Positions 24,312 through 36,300 of a stretch of 64,000 nt of DNA are shown one piece after another (position 1 is the stretch's first letter; each line of letters opens with the position of its first letter). The position numbers and the translations under genes are program-made. The notes under the pieces were generated by a model. It saw nothing but the letters and a program-made list of their open reading frames with translations, did not search any database and had not been told where the DNA came from. This DNA is from Iphione sp. A-MEVVRFRX5 (lineage: Eukaryota), in assembly GCA_976226885.1 (NCBI GenBank), contig OZ320314.1:55800001-55864000 (forward strand), in the 5' to 3' direction.

Positions 24312-27300
24312 CATAGAATAGCATAGAAAGGTAATTCATGTCCACTTTTGCAGAACTGATCCTACAAAACAGTGCTGTCCCATACATGTGATGTTATGTA
24401 GCCTAGTGAATCATGTCTTGCCAGTCAGTGGCAGGTTCTGTTTGACTCTCTGGGTTATTTTGCACCAAGTTTGGTTATTTGTTCTTCAGAGGGTTTACCA
24501 GTTTAACTGTGCCTAAGGTGTGCTGAGTCTTCTTATAGTTCAGGAGTCTGAGGGATTTAAAGATGGACTGTGCATCTCTTGCTGTGAGTGTCATGTTTAT
24601 TAATACAAGTGCCTTTGGCGCACTACTCTCTTTGTAGTTTACAACCCTTGGTTATGCTTGACTGGACACAGAGCTAGGTAGTAGTACACACACCTAACAC
24701 AAACATAGTGCTACTACCTCCCATGAAACCTTGTATTTCTACTCAGTGTGAAGAATGTAGGGCTACAAGTGTTATATGCTTTTTAGTAATGAGCACTTTA
24801 CATACAAAAAAGATGAATAATCATATTTGATTTACCTGATAATATCCTTATGGATCAATCAGTACAAAAAAGGAAGTATTTTTGTAAAACCACATCACTA
24901 TAAGATGGCAGCCCATGGCCGGACTACTTTCGGGCAATGTTTTATATAGGTAGTCAGTTATCCGGTGTATACTCGATCCACCGCTGATGGCCACCTACAG
25001 CAATAAAGTCAGTTAGCTCCACCACCTCCACCAAGCATGTTGTACTGTTGTCTCTCTCTTCTAAATAACCTAAATATCCAGTTTAAATACTGAAGGATAC
25101 AACAGTGACGAACAAGTAGTTTGAGGTAGAGGTCTGATTGCACAGACACAGCAGCAATAAAGCGAGCCGAAACCTCAGATCCCTGCTATGACTGATGCTA
25201 AGGCTGATCACAATCGAAGGAAGCCTCATACAGACTATGAGAGTGCTGTGACAGTTAAATATTACATAAGTCCTTTTGCAATGTATTGTTCACATGAGTA
25301 CAACTATGTTTACTTATGAAAAGTTGTGTAGGGAAGCACAACCAAGCCTGGACAATTTATTACTACGAAAGTTAGCGAAAGTGGCGTTTTGTAGGTAAAA
25401 TAATAATTTCTGTAAAGCTGTGGTCTAACTGTGAAAACTAATATGGCGCTGTAAATCAAGTCTGTAATTCTAACTAATATCATTCATTTATAGTCGTTGA
25501 CCTATCATTATATTAGTTGTGCAAATACAGATTTCTTTCGAGCTACAATCTACTCAAATGTTGTCAAACAGCATCAACCTGGTGGGTAATTGCCTTGGCC
25601 AGGCCCCTGTTGTATATTTAGTCTGGGGTAATTCCCAATACTGTGGTAGTTGTTAATACCGTACTGAGTAGGATTTTGGGATTCCCTAGCTGTCAGGTTT
25701 CATATCCCTGTACAGTAGGGAGTGCCAGACACGTAACAGACATTTCCTTCATTGTACGAAAATTGACGTTTGTTAAAAGTATTTGTCACTTAGAAATTAT
25801 CATAATATACCCTAATGGGTTCTTAGTCTGGTGTGAATTTCAAGAAAATCTATCAGAATAAAAAATTCATTTTTGCCAGTTTCAGTGTCATGTGTTATGT
25901 GATCAAGAGCCATCAAATATTGAATTTAAAAAAAATAAATATAAGAGATTCAAAACATTGTTAAAAATTGCAAAGATATTGGATAAGAACTTATCATGTT
26001 GCATTCTTTTCATATGGCGAGAAGCCACACATTGCACTGGCTATCTTGTCATTACTCAAAGCATACCAGTACTTGGTCTCAGGGGCAGGCCTCTGCCATA
26101 GTTAGTTGGTTCAGCCGCTTATACCTCTTACCATATAATATATGATGGACTCCTGAAAGATTACAAATTTTCGTGAAGGTCGAGGATTTTTCTCCGAAAA
26201 CTTTCATCATCAGCTTTTTCATTTAATGTACATGTATACACTTTTTGGACTTTACGACTTTTTTTGGCAACTATCATGCTTTGGGGATATATTATCCAAC
26301 ATCTTCCTGGCTGTACTTGTAGCTCTGGCGGTCGGATTTACTACCTGGAGGCAGCGGACCAGCAGACTATGATGTATTGGTTGCAACAACTGCAACGGAA
26401 AAGGCGGGCTTACAGCGCTAAAAAGTCGTGCGTCTCAACAGAGAGAGCCCAGTTGAAAACTCTTCAGGTGAGATTTGTAAAAGAATTTCATGTCGGCTAT
26501 CATATTTTTATGGTGTATGGATAACTCGCAGTGCTTTGTCATTCAGAATGTGATGCCCACCACACACCCCCATCACCCCAGTAGGGGATGCCAACCCAGG
26601 CAACCATCCTAGCTATGGCCCAGTTTCAAGAAATTCGCATAAAAATCTCCACACTTTACACAGATATGACTGATTTCCAAGCAGTTTGCACAGACAGCCA
26701 TATGATTTACACACGTTATAGCTACATAATTCATGGTTATAGCTAACTTTTAAGACATTTGCTCAAAAATATGCACAGTTGACAGGCCATGTTTCAAGAA
26801 ATTTGCATACAAATCCTAGTACCATAGCTCGTCACTGCATTACTTGCAGCTTGTGCTTTATAATCTCTGTATGTTAGTAACTGATATTAACAGCAGCAAT
26901 AATTGTTGACTACTGAGGTCCAGTTAACTATTAGAACGATAACTGTCTATCATATAGACAGTAATGTAAAAATACATTGTCCTTTGAGGTCCTTAAAGCT
27001 AGACTTCTATCTTGGAGCGAGGTCGATAGTGTTAAACGTAGTAGTGTGTAGCATAGAATTTCTGTGGCGAGGGCCTGGCGAGGACCTTCCTGACACAGAT
27101 ACTACGGTCACACAGACAAGGCCAAAGAGTTGGCTTGACTATCAGAATTAAGAATGCCCATTTTGCTTTGCTGAGCATTTAGTGAAACATATTTCAATGG
27201 GAAATAGGTTCTCCAGACACTTACGGGAAGGGTTGTTGTGGGTTGTTTTGGGAGCACTGCATAAAACGAAATATACAGGCTCAAAGTTCACATAACATGG

Positions 27301-30300
27301 GCAGGTTCGGCAGTACCCAATCGAATGCTGAGCAAGTGTTTCGAGAGATGTAGGCTACAGTTTTTAAAGGGGAAATTATAAAACGACAATTTTAAAGTAG
27401 AAGCATGTTCCTAACGCTGATTTGTTTTCCTTAAATGATACGTAATGCCTGCATTTGGCATTTTTGGATATGAGCAATTTATCAAAGTATAAACCACGAC
27501 ACTTACAGTTGAGGTTGTATGTGAAGCCAAGGGCTTTTAGCTGAGCGTTTTGCAAAGTATATTACACGGGATTCCTGTATGTTGTCCTTATGTATACTCA
27601 TTTACCGGTTTGACTATGTATTTTCTATGTATTGACTGTGTATTTTCTCATACTTGTGGCACATTCTCTGCATTTAGTGGTATATTTTTGCTTGCTTTCC
27701 CGGTTGCGAAATTTCACAGCAACCATCGTCGGGCTTGTTGAGGCTGAACGTGAATGGTCAGTCAACCTACAGGGAGCAGACGGAAGGTTCGCCGCTCGTC
27801 TCCCCCGTTGAGGCGCCCGGCCTGACCGTGGGCGAGGCGGCGGCCAGCACCCCGGCAGGCAGCGTGCTATCCAACCTCTCAATCGCCAACTGGAAGACGG
27901 AGCTGCGCAACGCCATGGCCAACATACGGTCCAAGCGTAATTCGGACGGAGACAGCTCTGGTCAGTGCTTTTATAATGCGATATCCGTGTCAGATGTACT
28001 GAGGTCGCATAATGTAAAATATCATGTAAATAACTTTAAATATTTTAATACATGTATTATCGAGTATTTAAGGAGAAAATATTATTTACTTTGTTCATGT
28101 GTATAACATTGAACATATTACATGCCTCTCCACAATCAAACGTTTTATAAATTTTACCCTAAAAATGTTTTCCAATTGATCTTTTTCCTCTTTATACTAG
28201 AGAAATTGTTGAGCCATAACGATATGAATGCAAGTGGGTTTCTCTCTTCGTTTTGGACACTACAGTATGCATATGTTGTGATCATTATAGGTATTAGGTG
28301 TTATTTTTGTATCTCCAAACTGACATGCAGCTTTGAGCCCAGGATCGGTGAACCTTAGGTCATCTTCAGCCAACTTGACTGACGAGTCAAGCAGCTCCAC
28401 CAAACTTACCCGCTTTGAGAGCTTAAAACGTCGGGTCAAATCCAAGAGCCAGGATATTGAATCTACCAGTCTGCATAGCTCGACTGAGTCACTCTGCGGT
28501 CGTTGCAAGCAGGTCAGCATTTCATTTTTAGCATCCATCTAAAATAAATCTACTACATAGCCTTTATCTCTGTATTTCACTTGATTTTTTGTCTTTTTAC
28601 TAAGTAGAGACAGACATATAGGGTGTTAGTGTTACAAATATTTTATTAATGCCACCAGTTATTTCTCCACTCATTTCATCGGATAGTACAATTTCCTGCC
28701 GTACTAGAAAACCTTTAGACCTTTAGACTGCTTGTTAATATGATATAAGTTGTGTAAGTGATTGAATCGAAACATTGATAATCATGCAGCTTTAACCTTT
28801 TTGCTACCTTAAAGTAAGTACGAATGTTATCAGTAACTGTAATCTTTGTTTTGTAATCCAGTATCGTTTTGTCTTGATTACATCCTTGGTTAATTGTATA
28901 GAATATGCCTTTTCTGCTTCTGCTCCCCACTGTATGTATTGTTAGGTACATCAACGTAGATTAAATCTTTACATCTGTGTACCTACAGAAGATCTTCCTT
29001 TTGGATAGCCATCAACATGTTTCCTTTTTACTGGTGCTCCAAGGTGCTCTTATGCCATGTTAAGGGGAAACGGCAATGTCGCATATATATACGTATCTTG
29101 ATAAAGTCCTGTTTAATTTTTTGACGTTATAGAATGGTGAAGGGAGAAGCTTTCCCTTTTCTGGAACTCAAAAATGTCTGGAACTCCATTGAAGGCTCTT
29201 TCGATATGCTTCTTTGTATTTTCTTTAAGTTGGACCATAAAATTAATGAAAATTAGTTTCAAGTAATGTTCAGTTAGAATCATTTTTTCCTAGTTAAGAA
29301 AAACAAATAATTATATCTGAAGTTAAAGTCATGTATAAACAATGTTTCACATTAATATGTTAAGCTCTTGCTTTGTATCTACCACGTCGGCCACATCTGA
29401 CGGGAAAAAAGTACATGTACTTGTATGATTATTTCATCAAACTAATTTCCAGCCTGTGGCAGTGGGTACTATGAATTATTCATTGTGACTTTATCATTGT
29501 TAGGTAGAAATCTGTGCTCATACAGATGGGTAAATACGGAAATGGTGTAAGAGTTGTTTAAGGGTAGGGATAATACAAGAGAATAGCTAGGGTAAATCAT
29601 CTGTCCTACGGGACGATATACACCACAAATATATAGTGTGTATAAAAAGTACGAACTCGCATATCTTTCTCTGCTGATTATTACAGTTGAATGCTAATGT
29701 TGTAAAGTGCCTCTTAATTTTGCATACAGCTTGAGAGTGCTGTCAACTACCATCAAGAAGAAGTGCTTACTGTGGAGGAAGAGCTACTCGCCACTAGGGA
29801 GCTTCTTCGTGTGCTCCAGAAGGAAATCGACCTGCTCAAACGTCAGCTGAACACTCAGTAAGTCACCACGAAGGAATTCACTTCTCTCTTTTCTATACAG
29901 ACTATTACTCATGAGGTTGATGGCATCTTTTCCCTAAGCATATCTTTTACCACAAGATTGATAGACGATTGTACGGAACTGGTGAGTGGTATGCTGAACG
30001 TAAAAACTGCCAAACCGATTTTGTTCACCTACAAGTAAACGCAAGCCTTACAACTGTATATTTATCAAATGTCTAATACCGGAGAATCACCAGAATGCAG
30101 CAAGCCCAGGTTTATTTCTACACTGCTAGTCCTCCAGATCCCTTCAGGTTAGTTAACACTTGGAAGCCTCCCAGTAACCTCTACATCTACCTCTAAGTAG
30201 GATAACTTCAAGGTCGACTCTACCTCATATCACTCTCTGTGCATTGGGGTGTCACTCTCTACGCATTGGGCTAACAAGTACTGATGGTTGCACATCACTG

Positions 30301-33300
30301 TCATTTGTAGGACTTGGTTATGCTATCGCCATAGCTATCACCAAGAAACATGTAAAATAGCTACTTTCCCTTTTCCCCTGTAATGTAACATGTAAACATG
30401 TAAAATAGCTACTTTCCCTTTTCCCCTGTAATGTTGGATACATTTATTCTCTGTCTTAAATAATTGGGTGGTTATATTTGCTGGAGGTCATATCAGTGAT
30501 AAGTCAATGTCCTGTGTGTAGTGGATGATCTGACCTCCATTATTGAGCTGGGTGTGCCATGGTAAAAGTGGGAGGAGCCTACTCTTTGATGTCTGAGCCA
30601 GCTCCTTGCCTGTTTCATCACTCTTAGTCAGGCTTCAGTGTGATTGGAAAGCCTATGGAGAATCCTATGTTAAACTGAAAAACGTGTTCGCTTTGATGTC
30701 TTTTAGCTGACTGGGAGGTAATTAATCCCCTAGCTGTTCATAGCTGGAGGAGAGCAGGTGGGAGTGTCAATCACCCTGTGCTGATTGCTATCTGTCCTCC
30801 CCAACCTCTAACAGCCCCCTCCCCCACAGCTGGCAAGTGCACCCCTAGCTGTCTTAGCTAGGACAGGTCCTCTCCCAGCATTAACACCACCCCGCGAGCC
30901 ATCAGCCGCACCGCGAGCCGGCAGCCACACCGCAAGCTGCCTCAGCTGAGAGAGGTCCGCCCTCGGCCATGCATTCCTATTACATAACATGTAGTGGCAA
31001 CCTGGGCCGCCTTGGCCGCCACAGGACCTCTGCCACCTGCGCTGGGCTGCCCATGGTCGCGCTAGGCTGCCTCTGGCACACCCACAGCTGCCTTGGCTAG
31101 AGGAGGACCTCTCCTGGCCTGGCTCTTTTTGTGCAAAAATTAGGGAAAGAATCACTGGAGAAGGTCTATGACCTCCCTAGAGGTATTTTGGTTCAAGTCC
31201 CGTTCTTCTATGTGCAATAGTTCCCAAGTTATGACAGTTTTTCTATTTTACATTTAAAAAGCATGAGAACCACGATAGAGTGACCAGGGTCTCCCTAGAA
31301 GTATTTTGGTCCAAGTCCTGCCCTTCTATGTGCAATAGTTCCCAAGTTATGACAGTTTTTCTATTTTACATTAAAAAAGCATGAGAACCGCTATAGAGTG
31401 ACCAGGGTCTCCCTAGAAGTATTTTGGTTAAAGTCCTGTTCTTCTGTTTGCAATAGTTTCTGAGTTATTGCAGTTTTTCTCTTTACCTGCCCCTTGACTG
31501 GGTCATCCTATGGTGCCTCTATCACCTGCATCATTTGGTCTGTAGCATTTTGGTTAAAGTCCCATCCTTCTATGTACAATTATTGCCCAGTTATCACCGG
31601 TTTTCATTTTACCTGCCTCTCGACTGGGTCACTGTTGTATATTTGGTAATTATTGTCAGAGGTGGTAAAGGAACAGTCTGGACTCCATTTTGGTGGTAAA
31701 CAGGAAGCAGCTTTATTGCTGAAGATTACAGGAGAGCTCCAACGTTATCCGGGATACTACAACTCTTCCTCCCTTAAAGAAAATATGAACTCTTGATCAT
31801 TCAACCTTTAATCTCTTAGTTGTCAGCTTCCATAACTTACATATTCTCAATAAGCCGGTCGGGTCGTTTACGGGCTCTTACAGGACGTGGCATAGGCGGT
31901 GTAGTTGGTAGTACCTCTGAGGGTACTGGCACAGACTCAGCTCCTTGGTCAGATGTCAGAGATTCTGGTCTAGCTACTTCAGTAAAAGTCTCATCTAGAG
32001 GTGGTAACACTGAAGGTTGTGCCGGTATGGACACAGTGCCAGTGGCAGGGGTCAAGTCGGCAGATGGCACATCCACCTCGAGAGGTTTCCCTATGGGTGC
32101 AGGTGGTGGAACTAAGCTGTTGCTGAACTTGCCTAGTGGGCACCCTGATAGGTCTATTAGCTGGTCTACATGGCGTTTCCACGTAAACTCACCTACATTC
32201 ACCTGATAGGTGACAGGGGATAGTTGTTTCATAACAACCCCTTTGGTCCACATTTCCTGCTTGCTGCGGTAATCGCGAACCAAGACAACATCTCCAATCT
32301 GCAAACTCCTGGTTTTCTCTTGCTTTGGAGACTGTTTCTTCTCCATGGTGTTTTGAAGGTTTGGCTTCAACAGATCGAGTCTTGTTCTCAGACGTCGTCC
32401 CATAAGCAATTCTGCCGGTGTTGTCTTTGTGGCAGTATGTGGAGTGGTACGGTAGTGGAGCAAAAACCTTGCTAACTTTTGTTCTACCGATCCAGAATCT
32501 TGTTTCATGGTCCTCAATGCAGCCTTAAAGGTGCGGACCAGACGTTCGGCTTCTCCATTGCTAGCCGGATGATATGGTGCACTCAAGATGTGCTTTACAC
32601 CATTCATCTTCAGGAAATGTTGAAATTCTCCTGATGTAAATTGTGGTCCATTGTCACTCACAAGCTCTTCTAGCAAACCATAGGTAGCAAACAGGTTTCT
32701 CAGAGCATTGATAGTGGCAGTACTGGTAGTGCAGTTCATCTTAATAATCTCAGGCCATTTGGACCTAGCATCTACTACTACCAGGAACATGGAGTTCAGG
32801 AATGGACCCGCATAATCAACATGTATGCGCTGGAATGGCCGGGTTGGCCAGATCCATGGGTTAGACTTAGTTGCTGGTGGGGCTGTGGATGTCGCTTGAC
32901 ATGCCTCACAGTTCTTTACTGTGATTTCGATGTTACCATCTAAACCTGGCCACCATACATGTAACCTTGCCAGTGCCTTCATGCGCACAATTCCTGGGTG
33001 TGCCTCATGTAGGCTGCTAAGTACCTCTTCACGGTACTTTTCTGGTATAAGGACCCGTAGTCCCCAAAGCAAACAATCTTGCTCTCCAGTTATCTCCTCC
33101 CGACGATGGTAGAAGGGAAGTAGATCTGCATTGATGTCATTTTCCGAGGGCCAGCCATACAAGGTAAAATGCTTGACCCTGGATAGGACCTTGTCGGTCC
33201 TAGTGGCATTTGCAATGTCACGTGCTGTTATTGGCAAAGTGTTCACTTGTGATGCCAATAGTTCATTTGCCTCTTGTGACCAGAAAACTGCTTCTACATC

Positions 33301-36300
33301 TAGGTCACTTGTCTGCACTAGAAGGCGAGACAGGGCATCCACATTTGCATTTTGCTTGGTGGATCTAAAGTTGACATTGTACTGGTAAGCTGCCAATTGG
33401 ATTGCCCACCTTTGGAGACGTGACGCTGCAAGTACTGGAATACCACGCTTTGGTCCCAGTATCAATGTGAGTGGCTTGTTGTCAGATATCAGGGTAAACT
33501 TCCTACCCCATAGATATTTGTGGAACTTGGTGAGGCCAAATATTATGGCCAATGCCTCCTTCTCAATTTGAGAGTAATTTCTCTCTGCAGCTGAGAGGGA
33601 ACGTGAGGCATATGCGATCGGCTGATCATCAGTTCCTACCTGGTGAGATATGACCGCCCCCACCCCAACAGGTGATGCATCCACCGCTAACGATAGGGGT
33701 TTCACTGGGTCATAATGCACCAGTACAGCACTTGAAGTTAGTGCTTGTTTCATCTTTTTGAATGCCTCCTCACATTCAGTTGTCCACTGAAACTTAGCAG
33801 ACTTTGTCAATAGTCGGTGCATAGGAGCTGCTAGCGACGACATGTTTGGTATGAACTTACGATAGTAGTTCACCAGCCCTAGCAGGCTCTGCAGTTCCGA
33901 CGTATCCTTAGGTCGCGGAGCATTAAGTATTGCTTGGACCTTGGATGTTGTAGGGTGAATGCCCACTGCATCCACCATGAAGCCCAAATATTCAATTGAG
34001 CTTTGAAGGAAAGAACATTTTTCCTTCTTGAGTTTGATACCAAACTCATCCAGCTTCTTCAGGCACGCATTAAGGTTTTCCAGATGCTGCACATCATCTG
34101 GTCCTGTGATGATCAAATCATCCAGGTAACAACCTACTCCTTTAAGTCCAACCAGGATCTTATCCATGCACTGTTGGAACAGAGCAGGAGCGGATGCTAC
34201 TCCATACGGTAAACGAGTGTACCGGTACAAACCAAGATGAGTGTTAATGGTGACGTATGTACGTGACTCTTTGTCCAATAACACTTGCTGGTACGCTTGT
34301 GATAAATCCAGCTTTGAAAACTTCTTACCCCCATTCAACTGATGATACAGATCTTCAGGTTGGGGTAAGGGGTACTCTGGTACGTCCAAGTTGGGGTTGA
34401 TGGTGACTTTATAGTCACCACACAACCTAATCGAGTGGTCTGCCTTCAAAACAGGCACCACTGGTGCAGCCCAGTCTGAAAAGTCTACCTTCTCAATTAC
34501 CCCTAGACTTTCCAATCGTTTGAGCTCTGCCTCAATTTTATCTTTCAAGGCATATGGAGCTGGTCTAGCCTTGAAAAATTGAGCGCGGGCACCCTCCTTT
34601 AAGTGCAATTTCGCTTGGATACCCTTAACGGTACCCAGAGTGTTGTCAAAAACACTGTATTTCTTCAATGTCTCTTCCAGAGATACACTGACAGATTGTT
34701 GCAGAACTTTGTTGATGTTTGGCCAGTCTAAACGGATTTTAGGCAACCAATTTCTTCCCATCAACATCGGTCCAACTCCTTTCACTATACACATAGGGAG
34801 TGTCACTTTCTGTCCCTTGTAGGTAACATCAACCATGATATCCCCAAGTACAGTGATAGGATCTCCTGTGTAAGCCTTAAGCTTCCACTTGGATTTCCGC
34901 AGAGGCACTTCCTTGAAATGCTTCTTGTAGAGTTCACTCGGCATGAGTGAACACACTGCCCCTGTATCCAGTTCCAATCTACACTGAATACCATTTAGGG
35001 CCATATCCAGTTTGATGGCATCCCTGTGGCCACCTTTTCCTACAGTGGTATACACTGTATAGACATCTTCAAAGTCAGTGCTAGCACTAGCACCTTCTCT
35101 GGAATCTAAGTGTCCTTCCTCAGATTCATTGGCATAATGGACACTAGATTTTTTTTTATCCTTGGGAGTGGACTTCTTTTGTCGGCATGACCTTTCAAAG
35201 TGGTCCAACTTCCCACAGCTGCGACACTGCTTTCCTTTTGCAGGGCATACCTTCTCTTGTGGGTGAGGCCATGCACCTCCACAATTGAAGCAGGTCTTCT
35301 TTTTCTTCTCACCCTGACCAGGTTTGGGTGTTTTCTTTTTGGCAACATGCTGTACAGTAGCTGCTTCACCAGCTGATGTTGCCCCCAGGCTCGACTGGAT
35401 TTCCTTAGCCTGTCTCTCGGTGACCTCTTTGGCTCGACCGAGATCTAGCAGCTGCTGAAGTGTCAGACTCTTCTCTAATGCTTTCTGGCGTAGTGCATTA
35501 GAGCGGCAGCAATGAATAATCTGCGCGCGGATCTCCCTATCAACATCCGGAAACTGACACTTCGCTGCCTGTTTACGCAGTCGCACATAATAGGTGTCTA
35601 AAGTCTCACCTGAAGACTGCATCATTTTCCTGAAAATATGTTGCTCATAATCAGGATTGCTCTTAGGTGAAAAATACTTGTTCAAAGTATGTTTCGTAAT
35701 GTCGTATGATGAAGGGACCTGGTTCCCTTCCATCTGAGGAACTACCTGTGGGATTGTATTGTGAACTTCCCACACCTGTTCTCCTGCAAAATGTAGGAGT
35801 AATGCTTTTTTCCGGTCAGCATTCTCTATATCCATAGCCAGTAGATAGTTCTTTAACCTATCTACCCAGGTCGTCCAGCGGGTACCCAGTGAAGAAATGT
35901 CCCCTGACATTTCGAATTTGGGAAACGGTGTTCCCGCAACAGTCAAATCAGCCATCCTGAAAGATCTACACCTCCAGTGGTTAGATCAAAATTAGTAGTA
36001 CCTCCCTGGTACAACCTGTAATGGCTACTGACTGACTACCTACACACCAACACTGATACCACACCAACACACCTTACCAATGTGACCCTGAAAATAGTCT
36101 ATGTGACCTTTAGCAACTCTCTACAACATCAGTACACAAGTAAATGTGACAGTAAATACAACATTCTCCTGCAAAGAATTTGTATTAGACAATAGGCAGT
36201 CATCATCATCAAAGACATCATCAAAATACAGTGGCATAAGCAAAATGCAATGGCACAAAAGTCTCTTTATTTCTTGACTGCACAGATGACTTGTCAGCAC

